Source of the DNA: Candidatus Thorarchaeota archaeon
GTDB lineage: Archaea > Asgardarchaeota > Thorarchaeia > Thorarchaeales > Thorarchaeaceae
DNA: 64,000 nucleotides
Direction of reading: 5' to 3'
Assembly (NCBI GenBank): GCA_048882325.1
Contig: JBHLRS010000005.1
Coordinates: 69,843-133,842 of the forward strand
Part shown: positions 9,112-17,769 of the stretch, piece by piece
How positions within the stretch are numbered: position 1 is the stretch's first letter
Layout: every line of letters begins with the position of its first letter
Program-made: the position numbers and the translations under genes
Notes under the pieces: model-generated
The model's database searches: none
Told to the model about the DNA's origin: nothing
What the model saw: only the letters and a program-made list of their open reading frames with translations

Positions 9112-10341
9112 ATGTTTGAGGTACCGATTGAAAAGGCTCGGAGATTCATCCTTGATGTACAAGGTCTCAGAACTTCAAAACCCTGTAAGTCTGTGATGGA
9201 TGTAGCTAATCGTATTCACAACATCCAGATAGATACAATATCTGTAGTTTCACGTAGCCATAACCTTATCACCTTCAATCGATTCCCGAACTACAAGGAA
9301 GGAGATATCTGGAAGCTTCAGAAAGAGGGAAAGCTATTCGAGTATTGGTCCCATGCGGCATGTCTAATGCCGATGGAAACATATCCGTTCTACGCTTGGA
9401 GGAGGTCATTCTTCCCAGAGGAACTATGGGATTCTTTCAGAAAGTGGGGTGAAGAGAATAAGGAGGTCATTGAAGAAGTATACAAGAAAGTGAAGAAAGA
9501 GGGTGTAATCAATAGCGCCTCTGTAGGAGAACGCAAGACAAAGTCAAGCGGATGGTGGGATTGGAAGATTGAGAAACGAGCTCTTGAGTATCTCTATACT
9601 AATGGAAGACTAATGGTTGCATATAGAAATAACTTCCAGAAGCATTATGACTTAGCAGAGAGGGTTATCCCAGCAGGTATCAGCACAGAACCTCTGACGG
9701 ATGATGAAGCTGCAGAATTTCTTTTGGACACAATATTGGGTTCCCTGGGTCTTGGCAGTCAGATGGATATGAAGTCGTATCTCGGTAGACTTCCAGCTAG
9801 GAAACTATGGAATGGCAAAAAGTCAGAGATAGAATCATTTCTTGAGCAAAAAATGAATGAGGGACGCATTGAGGAGGTCTCAATCGAAGGCATGAATGAA
9901 CGATTCTTTATTCATAAGAATCATGAGAAACGATTGAGGTCGATTGCTATCTTACCACAAGAAGAGGACCCAGTTAAGTTTCTGAGTCCCTTCGATAATA
10001 TAGTCCGTGAGAGACACTATCCTGGGCAGATGTGGAATTTTGAATACAAGATTGAATGCTATGTACCTGAACCTCGGCGAATCTATGGGTACTTTGTTCT
10101 ACCGATTCTTGATGGGAATAATCTTTCTGGCAGGATGGATGCAAAAGTGCATCGTAACACTGGGGTTCTAGAGATCAAGTCTTTGTATTTAGAAAAAGAA
10201 ACCATCCAGAAGGAGATGGGCCTTGATCGTTTCAGAAGAGGTGTTGTTGACTTCGCAGAGTTCCATTCATGCGAGGAAGTAAAGGTGGGTAAAGTGAGTC
10301 CGAGGAAGTCAACTAACACTGTCCGTTCACTCTTCACTTGA
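9112..10341 (+). CDS. ycaQ: YcaQ/AlkZ-family (HTH_42) DNA interstrand-crosslink glycosylase
   Basis: IQIDTISVVSRSH (QxD catalytic motif), FEYWSHAAC, GWWDWK, LSPFDN, YKIECYVP...RIYGYFVLPIL. Confidence 0.9.
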   Translation: MFEVPIEKARRFILDVQGLRTSKPCKSVMDVANRIHNIQIDTISVVSRSHNLITFNRFPNYKEGDIWKLQKEGKLFEYWSHAACLMPMETYPFYAWRRSFFPEELWDSFRKWGEENKEVIEEVYKKVKKEGVINSASVGERKTKSSGWWDWKIEKRALEYLYTNGRLMVAYRNNFQKHYDLAERVIPAGISTEPLTDDEAAEFLLDTILGSLGLGSQMDMKSYLGRLPARKLWNGKKSEIESFLEQKMNEGRIEEVSIEGMNERFFIHKNHEKRLRSIAILPQEEDPVKFLSPFDNIVRERHYPGQMWNFEYKIECYVPEPRRIYGYFVLPILDGNNLSGRMDAKVHRNTGVLEIKSLYLEKETIQKEMGLDRFRRGVVDFAEFHSCEEVKVGKVSPRKSTNTVRSLFT

Positions 10342-10344
10342 GGA

Positions 10345-11028
10345 CTATATCTTCTTAGAACCTTCACGAGCGACTAACTTGGTCATTCTAGCTTGATTCT
10401 TTTCATAGTACGACCTAATTAGTTCCGGGTCACGCTTACTCAACTCGCGTAAAACCCATCCAGCAGCTTTGCCCACAAAGAACTCGTCATCCGATATGTG
10501 GGGAGTGACTGCCTCGAGAATCTTGTTGTTGTATTCTGGTTTATACTGGGACTTCAATGCAAGATGAAGGAATGGTAAGACTGAGGCTCTTCGGCGCCAG
10601 AAGTTGTCAGAAACTCGCCAAGATCGTAAGACAGCCTCTACTCTTTCATCACGTAAAATCATAGAACCAATAGTAGGAGAACAAAGTGGATCAATTAATC
10701 CCCAGGTGTCAGCATCACTGACCCACTTGTCTGCTAAGTCTAGAGCTGTCTCAATGGACCCTTTCTTCGCGTAAACCTTCAAGATGTCAATTGCTGCAAG
10801 TCTAATTTCAAACGATTCATCCATCCAGAGAGCTCTCATAATGCTAGGGAGTTCTCCAAGGCCCAAACCTTTGATGATTCTTTTCACTATCCTGTGTATC
10901 TCAGGAAGTTCCACTCCTATGAAGTTCAGTGAGGAGGTCTTCATGTATTCTGCGATCTTTTCTTTGCGTTCTGCCTTTCCTAGAGTTCTGAGTTCCTTGA
11001 CGATATTTTTCACAATTTCTCCAGACAT
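10345..11028 (-). CDS. AlkD-like HEAT-repeat DNA alkylation repair protein
   Basis: FIGVxLP, DTWGLIDPLC, SDNFWRRRAS, DDEFFVGKAAGWVLRELSK motifs. Confidence 0.85.
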   Translation of the reverse strand: MSGEIVKNIVKELRTLGKAERKEKIAEYMKTSSLNFIGVELPEIHRIVKRIIKGLGLGELPSIMRALWMDESFEIRLAAIDILKVYAKKGSIETALDLADKWVSDADTWGLIDPLCSPTIGSMILRDERVEAVLRSWRVSDNFWRRRASVLPFLHLALKSQYKPEYNNKILEAVTPHISDDEFFVGKAAGWVLRELSKRDPELIRSYYEKNQARMTKLVAREGSKKI

Positions 11029-11140
11029 AGTCAATCAATCTACGTGGTTGGATTTAATCATAATCATGGATATGTTCGATTCCGATATCCAACAGAAATT
11101 GAATTAAATGTCGAAAACATCATTCTCAGCGAGGATTATC

Positions 11141-11731
11141 ATGACAGAGATTCCCATGCCAGCAGGTGATTCATATGAACAGCCAGCTCCAAAGAGCTCG
11201 ACTTCCTCTGATTGTTGCAAGATTGGGTTAATCATATGTGTCATTCTGATTATCGGAATGATTTTGATTGCTGTAATTTTCTTGGGAAGTTTTGCTAGTT
11301 GGTTTGGCGGTTTTACTGGAACAACCTACGAAACTAGAACCATTGCGAGCAGTACACAAGATGTCCAACTCTTCAGCATTTATTATGCAGAGGAGTTTAG
11401 TGTGTCTAGCCTTGAAACGCAGACCACCACAGCTCCAGATATTGACTTTAACATTGACGTGCTTTCAACAGGCTCCGATGTAGTGACGGTCACAATTCAC
11501 TTTGCAATCTATGAAATAGATCAGACTACGTTCGATTCAATACCTACATGGTCAGGTGTTGCGCCATACCTCATGGACTCGGGAAATTATACTGACAACG
11601 CATCAGACTTCTTTAATCTAAACAATTATGCTGACACATATGTTTGGGTTCTTTGGTTTGAAGCTTCATCTAAGACATCTACATGGAGCGTTGATATCGA
11701 CCTGACACTTAGATACAACTGGAATCTATAG
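11141..11731 (+). CDS. Single-pass membrane protein with extracellular beta-rich domain
   Basis: Cys pair and one long hydrophobic helix near the N-terminus, Ser/Thr-rich beta-sandwich-like remainder with NxT sequons. Confidence 0.65.
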   Translation: MTEIPMPAGDSYEQPAPKSSTSSDCCKIGLIICVILIIGMILIAVIFLGSFASWFGGFTGTTYETRTIASSTQDVQLFSIYYAEEFSVSSLETQTTTAPDIDFNIDVLSTGSDVVTVTIHFAIYEIDQTTFDSIPTWSGVAPYLMDSGNYTDNASDFFNLNNYADTYVWVLWFEASSKTSTWSVDIDLTLRYNWNL

Positions 11732-11741
11732 TCATCAACAA

Positions 11742-11767
11742 AGTATGAGGAGGACACTCCTCATACT
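11742..11767. terminator. Perfect 11-bp hairpin between convergent genes
   Basis: AGTATGAGGAG-gaca-CTCCTCATACT between the stop at 11731 (+) and the stop at 11767 (-). Confidence 0.6.
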
Positions 11768-12800
11768 CATGCTTTTTCTAGAAGATATCTCATATCAGCT
11801 TTCTTGAATCTCAAGAATGCTCTCGTTCCAAATTCTCGATTGAGTTCGGTTCCATATGAACTGAGTAGCTTTAGAGAATCAAGACCTCCAAGATCCCTGT
11901 GGAAGGATACATGCAGATAGTAACCCGGTTGTTTTGCTCCTCGTAATTGTTCTCGCAACCAACCAACAGGTGTGATCAGTTCAGATCTGTCAACGGGTGC
12001 AAGTTTCAATTCTCCATAGATTCCAACCTTTGATAGTATTCCCAACCATCTTGTCCAAACGCCCTCAGTTGTCGTAAATCCGGAGGTTCCTTTCTTATGA
12101 GTATAGATCGTGATGGAATCCACAGTGAGAGATTCTCCATCTAGCTTGCCATAAGCAGCCAAGATCCATAATGTTCGATTTAACAGAGAACTTCGTCCTT
12201 CAAGCATCTCCTGTCCCGCTATTGTATCTATGTCTGAAATCCTTAGACTTGATGTAAGAATCTGCGAAAGAACATTGTGAAGTGTTTTGTATTTCATATA
12301 CTTCTTTTTTACATCAGGAAACGGCACAATCTTTGGGTGTTTCTCCTCGACAGTTTTGACCTCTTGAATTTGACTAGGACTCAGATTCTCTTTGATATCA
12401 TCAAGTGTCTTCATGCCCTCAAAGATTCTTATGTATGCTTGATATTTGTCATCAGGAATATGGTTACCTATTCTTCTCTCTGCATCCGCACGACTGTTGT
12501 TGATGTTCTGTATCATGATCTTGTCACATAGATATCGTGAGCAATAGGCACAGTTTCGCACCTCCGTGCAGAACAACTCCGAAGGAAATTATGTACACCC
12601 ACATCCTTTGATAGATTCTCATTGGGAGTCTGACATCCATGGCACGGATTCTTAGTTGGTGAAAACCCTACATACTTCTTCACATCTTCAACATAGGAAG
12701 CCCATTCATCTTCACTTTGTTCTCTCCGAACCCACACACCCCATGGGCAGCTGGAACACATATTGCCACATTTGCTAATGACTGGCTTCACTGTTATCAT
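11767..12800 (-). pseudogene. DUF3795-type Cys-rich protein, frameshifted
   Basis: ORF 12513-12800 gives KCGNMCSSCP...CHGCQ...SCSARRC; the continuation NCAYCSRYLC is in a different frame (ORF 11767-12576); break near 12555-12565. Confidence 0.7.
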
Positions 12801-12909
12801 AATAACATAGGCAGACTTGCTAATTAGTTCATTCTCTTATTGCGCTGAATTAATTGCTTATAACTGTTCAAACAAAAATACAATCTGGAGAACCTCTGGG
12901 GATATTTAG

Positions 12910-13680
12910 GTGTCAAATGGTATTCATATTCAGACTCAGGGCCTTTCAAAGAATTTTGGTCCTGTAGTTGCTCTGAAGAACCTCGACCTTTCTGTACGAA
13001 AAGGTAGTGTCTTTGGTTATCTTGGTCCAAATGGAGCAGGGAAGACAACAACTGTCAGAATTCTGTCCGGACTGTTGAAACCCACAAGTGGGGATGCTAT
13101 TGTCTGTGGGTTTGATGTACATAATGAACGAAATGACATAAAGAGAGTGACTGGTCTCTTACCAGAATCACCCGGTCTCTACTCTAAATTGTCAGCAGTT
13201 GAGTTTCTTGAGTTCATAGGAGCATTGAACAATCTGAGTGGGGAGTCACTTCACAAACGTATAGAATCGCTTCTCGGAATTTTGGGACTCGAAGGAAGAC
13301 AGAATGACCTGCTTGAGAGCTACAGTAGTGGTATGAAGCAAAAAGTGCTAGTTGCTTCAACTGTGCTTCATGAGCCAGAGTTGGTGTTCCTTGATGAACC
13401 AACATCACGCCTTGATCCTGCAGCAAGCGTACTTGTTAGAGAAATAATCTTGGCAATGGCTGAAGAAACTAACACGACCTTCTTCATCTGTACTCACATG
13501 ACGGACTTCGCTGAGGATGTATGTGAAATCATTGGAATCCTGAATGAAGGTGTACTAACAACTCTCGGAGCCCCCGATGAAATCATTGAGCAGACTAAAG
13601 CCAAAGACCTTGAGGATGCATACCTCAAGATTGTTGGCGGAGAGATAGACCGTGAGACGCTTCTCAGCTGGAGGCAGTGA
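12910..13680 (+). CDS. ABC-2 type exporter ATP-binding subunit
   Basis: GPNGAGKTT, YSSGMKQK, LDEPT, CTH switch. Confidence 0.92.
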   Translation: MSNGIHIQTQGLSKNFGPVVALKNLDLSVRKGSVFGYLGPNGAGKTTTVRILSGLLKPTSGDAIVCGFDVHNERNDIKRVTGLLPESPGLYSKLSAVEFLEFIGALNNLSGESLHKRIESLLGILGLEGRQNDLLESYSSGMKQKVLVASTVLHEPELVFLDEPTSRLDPAASVLVREIILAMAEETNTTFFICTHMTDFAEDVCEIIGILNEGVLTTLGAPDEIIEQTKAKDLEDAYLKIVGGEIDRETLLSWRQ

Positions 13681-13681
13681 T

Positions 13682-15328
13682 TTGGTCAGGGTCTGGCAAG
13701 CTATTGCTAAGGCTGAGTTTCTTGTAAGAACTGTCAAGCTCCACAAATCGCGAAAGGTTCTATACCCAATGGTAATTGGAATCGCACTAGCGTGGGGATT
13801 GTTGCTAGTTCCTCGAATCTTGGGATTCTTTTTCGCAAGATATGGGGACGCCTTTGAAGCTTTGTTAGCGACATCATTTCCAGGATTGCTCAGAACAATT
13901 ATGATGGTCATCTGGATGTTCATTCTGATTGTTCCGATTTCGAATAGTCTTGAGAATGTTAAAATTGGTCAATGGGAGATCCTCTTCAGCAACAATGTGA
14001 AGACAAGAGACCTCCTCTTTGGCACCTTTGTGGGAAGAATCCCAGTCTATGGCATTTTCGTAATCGCACTAGCACCTATTGTGGTGTCACCATTTGTTTA
14101 TGCATATAATGTGTCAATGACAGGTCAGTTGATGATGTACTTGGTCATATTCGTATTCTCGATTATAACAATATGGATCTCAACTGTGTTCAGTACTGCA
14201 ATCCATGCAAAAATAGGGAGATCACCACGGGGTGATGATATTGGAAAGGCATTAAGCTGGGCTCTTGTTCCTCTTGTTGTACTCCCTGCAATGGGATCAA
14301 TGTATTGGATGAATAGTGTTGTATCACTCTTCAATCTAAATGCGTCCATGATACTCCCTTCAACTTGGTGTGCAGATATTCTGACTTGGATAGCCATGCA
14401 TACAGGAAATCTTAGACCATCCTCGGTATTGAACCTAGGACTCTATTGGTTTGCTGTAAGTCCTATTGTTGACCTGATATTATTAGGGGTATTCTCGCTT
14501 GCTGTTCTTGTGCTTGGTTTCAAAAGTGCAGGCAAAGTGTTTGAATATGGGGCTAGTCCAGGAAGTCAAAAGATCGCTCGCGCAGGACCAGAGAACCTCT
14601 TCATCAGAGGAGTTCGCAGAATATTTGGAAGGAAATTTGGAACGATAGTCGCTACTTCATTCAAAGACTACGCTCGAAAACTGCAGAACATTGCAAAGCT
14701 CTCATATGGGCTATTCTTGGCTTTTCTCATACCTTTACTCCTTGGATTTGGTCCACTCTCTGCAACAATCGATGATCCGATATTCGTTCCAGTTATGACA
14801 TCGCTTATGATGGGTATGATGTTGGGCATTTTCTCTGGAGTCATGTTTGGCGGAGTGGGATTACTTGACAGTCGTGATCAGCTTTGGATTCTGAAAAGCG
14901 CACCTAATGGTGTGCCAAAGTTCGTCGTAGCCCGAGTGCTTTCTTACATGATGGTCGGTCTACCATATGCCATTCTACCAGCAATGTTCACAGGGTACTT
15001 GCTCAATTTTGCTTTCTTCGACATAATCCTCATGTCTGGATTTGTTTACTCGATTGTTTTGGGCGGAATCTTTGTTGGTGTAGGTGTCACTGCTGCCAAT
15101 CCCTCATATGAGGATACATCCAGTGGTGCGTTCATAATCAATCAAATCGTCACCGTCATTGTCCTTATGGCATGTGTCTTTTTTTCATTAGTACAAGGTA
15201 TCTTAATTGCCATCAATCAAGGCGTTTTTGGACCTGCAATGATCATGTCCAGTATTCCAACACCTATCGTCGGATTTGTCGTATTGATGTTGGGACTGAT
15301 ACGACTGAATGTATCGGAGGTGGACTGA
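13682..15328 (+). CDS. ABC exporter permease (about 12-14 TM)
   Basis: Polytopic hydrophobic protein with two-halved layout directly after the ATPase; TTG at 13682 likely start. Confidence 0.8.
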   Translation: MVRVWQAIAKAEFLVRTVKLHKSRKVLYPMVIGIALAWGLLLVPRILGFFFARYGDAFEALLATSFPGLLRTIMMVIWMFILIVPISNSLENVKIGQWEILFSNNVKTRDLLFGTFVGRIPVYGIFVIALAPIVVSPFVYAYNVSMTGQLMMYLVIFVFSIITIWISTVFSTAIHAKIGRSPRGDDIGKALSWALVPLVVLPAMGSMYWMNSVVSLFNLNASMILPSTWCADILTWIAMHTGNLRPSSVLNLGLYWFAVSPIVDLILLGVFSLAVLVLGFKSAGKVFEYGASPGSQKIARAGPENLFIRGVRRIFGRKFGTIVATSFKDYARKLQNIAKLSYGLFLAFLIPLLLGFGPLSATIDDPIFVPVMTSLMMGMMLGIFSGVMFGGVGLLDSRDQLWILKSAPNGVPKFVVARVLSYMMVGLPYAILPAMFTGYLLNFAFFDIILMSGFVYSIVLGGIFVGVGVTAANPSYEDTSSGAFIINQIVTVIVLMACVFFSLVQGILIAINQGVFGPAMIMSSIPTPIVGFVVLMLGLIRLNVSEVD

Positions 15329-15331
15329 GGG

Positions 15332-16831
15332 ATGAGAGTTTCGAAGTGGCAGATATCATTCCTCCTCATCATCTTGGTGTCGTTGGCATCAATGCCTATA
15401 GGTGCAAATAATCATCAACAAACCACCACGACCAGATCTGCTTTTACTGTAAGTGAGGAAATCACTAATGTTCCATATGTTTGGCAAGAGGTCAATGGAT
15501 TTTGCCTTCCGTCGTCACTTTCAATGGTCCTTCAGAGCATGGGACTTGATCTTAGTCTCTATGATATTCTCGCGGCATCTGGTACTGGTTTCTCAGTAGT
15601 ATCGATTAGCGTTGATGAATCGATGACGCTCCTACCCGGAGTATTGGTGCGTCAGATTCCATGGCTAGAGTTCCTCACGGACCTTTATGGTTTGGAGTTG
15701 CAGATTTATCTGAATTCAAGCACAGATTATGGGGAAAACGCAATGCAGATTCTGGCTTCTTTGAGTTCTGAGATCATCGACTATGCAAATTCTGACTTGA
15801 TGGCTCCTCTTGATGTTATGCGTGATTCAATTGATTCTGGATATCCTCTCACAATCGGTGTTGATACATATTATTTACCTCCAGCTGATTGGAACATCAT
15901 CAGAGACTATGTTGGACCACTGCAACCTGGGGGTATAGGACATGCCATCGTGATAGTTGGGTATAATGACACGTCTGCTACTGTTAGTGTTTTCGACCCA
16001 GGAGTTGGTTTGTTAGAACCATATGTTGGATATCCTAATGATGGTCGTTGGAACTACACTATGCCTTATTCCATGTTGGACAACGCTTGGAAAGGTGCGG
16101 GTTATGCAACATTCAGATTATCAAATGTTACTGGTAAAGCGGACAACTTTGAGAAAAGATTAGCATCCTACATCTCACAGAGATTATTGGGAAATCGATC
16201 CTCGTATTTTGAGGGGCTCGAGAACTTTTTCTATCTCGGGACTGGCGCAGACGCCTTCAGAGGGATGGGACTTGACATGAATCTAGAAGCAATAAAGGAC
16301 TACTGTACCTACTACCTCGAAGCAGACAAGCCAACAGCAATCAGACTTCTTGGTCACAACCTCGAAGCTATGATGACGATGCAATACATGGCGTATCGGA
16401 GTGCACTCGACTCACTTCCAGATCTCCTTCCATCATATGACCTGACTGAGTTCATCGATGCCGCGTCAGAAGCACTTCCACATATGGAAGTGCTCAGTCA
16501 TAATGCTTCGATGACAAGTGTGATCACCATTGTTCCACGGAATACCCTCTTGTACAACACTTTCTTCGATATGGCCTCCACATTTGAATCATCACACGAT
16601 CTTGATGGCTCGATTGCTGAACATTCAGAGGAGTTGGATGAAATAGCAGCTCATCTCATTTCTATTGCAGATGCATGGAAGACAGCTGGCCAAGCATTGG
16701 CCAGTGAAATTGCGGAATCGGAGCCACTTCCATTCAATAATCTCATTGTAGTCATAGGTGGGGGAGCTGTTGTGTTGATTATTGCCATAGTGTTTGCTAC
16801 GAGAAGAAGAAATGCCGTCAAGGAATGTTGA
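15332..16831 (+). CDS. Secreted, C-terminally anchored C39/papain-like cysteine peptidase
   Basis: Signal peptide; VPYVWQEVNGFCLPSSLSM (Gln, Cys), GHAIVIVGY (His), VFDP (Asp); C-terminal TM plus RRR. Confidence 0.75.
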   Translation: MRVSKWQISFLLIILVSLASMPIGANNHQQTTTTRSAFTVSEEITNVPYVWQEVNGFCLPSSLSMVLQSMGLDLSLYDILAASGTGFSVVSISVDESMTLLPGVLVRQIPWLEFLTDLYGLELQIYLNSSTDYGENAMQILASLSSEIIDYANSDLMAPLDVMRDSIDSGYPLTIGVDTYYLPPADWNIIRDYVGPLQPGGIGHAIVIVGYNDTSATVSVFDPGVGLLEPYVGYPNDGRWNYTMPYSMLDNAWKGAGYATFRLSNVTGKADNFEKRLASYISQRLLGNRSSYFEGLENFFYLGTGADAFRGMGLDMNLEAIKDYCTYYLEADKPTAIRLLGHNLEAMMTMQYMAYRSALDSLPDLLPSYDLTEFIDAASEALPHMEVLSHNASMTSVITIVPRNTLLYNTFFDMASTFESSHDLDGSIAEHSEELDEIAAHLISIADAWKTAGQALASEIAESEPLPFNNLIVVIGGGAVVLIIAIVFATRRRNAVKEC

Positions 16832-17726
16832 ACATGAACCAAGTACTATCAACTATTGACGCTGATGTAATCAAAGAAATTCATGAGATGATAGGAGAAG
16901 AGATTCCGAAACTCAGGAGTATCAAAGGCGGAACAACAGGTGTCTATAGTTTTGGCTTTGAAGTGAATAATGAACATATTGTTGCTCTGAGCATAAGGGG
17001 AAAGGACTCAATACACTACCTTCAACAGTTGCTAATCTGAGTCGTCTTGAGAGGTTATACCTGAGGGATAATGACCTTACGACAATCCCTGAAAGTATCT
17101 GTAAACTTCCAAGACTTGTTTACCTCGATGTGTTCAATAACAAAATCAAAGCAATTCCCAGGTCCATAGGTCAATTGCAAACCTTAGAGAGGGCTGATCT
17201 CTCGAGTAACTTCATAAAAACACTTCCAGAAACCATCGGGAATCTCCAGAACCTGAAGCGGCTAGGACTGATGGATGTTAAACTGGAGTCTTTGCCAGAA
17301 TCCATTGGAAAACTGAAGAAATGTTGGGATCTAGCGATTTTCATCAATAATCTGACTACACTTCCAGCTTCCATTGGTGAGATGAAGGGACTCACACGCT
17401 TACCAGTCCATTAAAATAAACTCTCGAGAATTCCTGAATCGATAGGGAATATTCCAAACCTGAAGGAATTGTCTCTACATGACAATCAACTAACATCATT
17501 ACCTGACAGTATTGGAAATCTATCAAAGCTAGAGAGTCTTAGGCTAGAAGGTAATCTACTCACCAGCCTACCAGAAGCTATTACAAACCTAACCCACCTC
17601 CGTGCTCTTGAGATCAGGCGGAATAAATTCTCATCGTTTCCCTCAGGGATGAAGAGATGGGTAGGAAACTTAGAAACTTCGGGTGCCAGAGTGAGAATGA
17701 CAATGACACAAAGACAACTTCTGTGA
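16825..17726 (+). pseudogene. Leucine-rich-repeat protein, disrupted
   Basis: LxxLxLxxNxLxxLPxSIG repeats run from ~17004 to ~17640 in one frame; the N-terminal part (16825) is out of frame by -1 at ~17000 and there is an in-frame TAA at 17412-17414. Confidence 0.85.
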
Positions 17727-17769
17727 TAGTTCCAAAAGAGCTCCTACATGATTTCATGTTACCTTGAAC

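Noticed and set aside
17412-17414. In-frame stop in the LRR gene as Sec/Pyl recoding
   Set aside because: The codon is TAA, not TGA or TAG, and the gene has other lesions.
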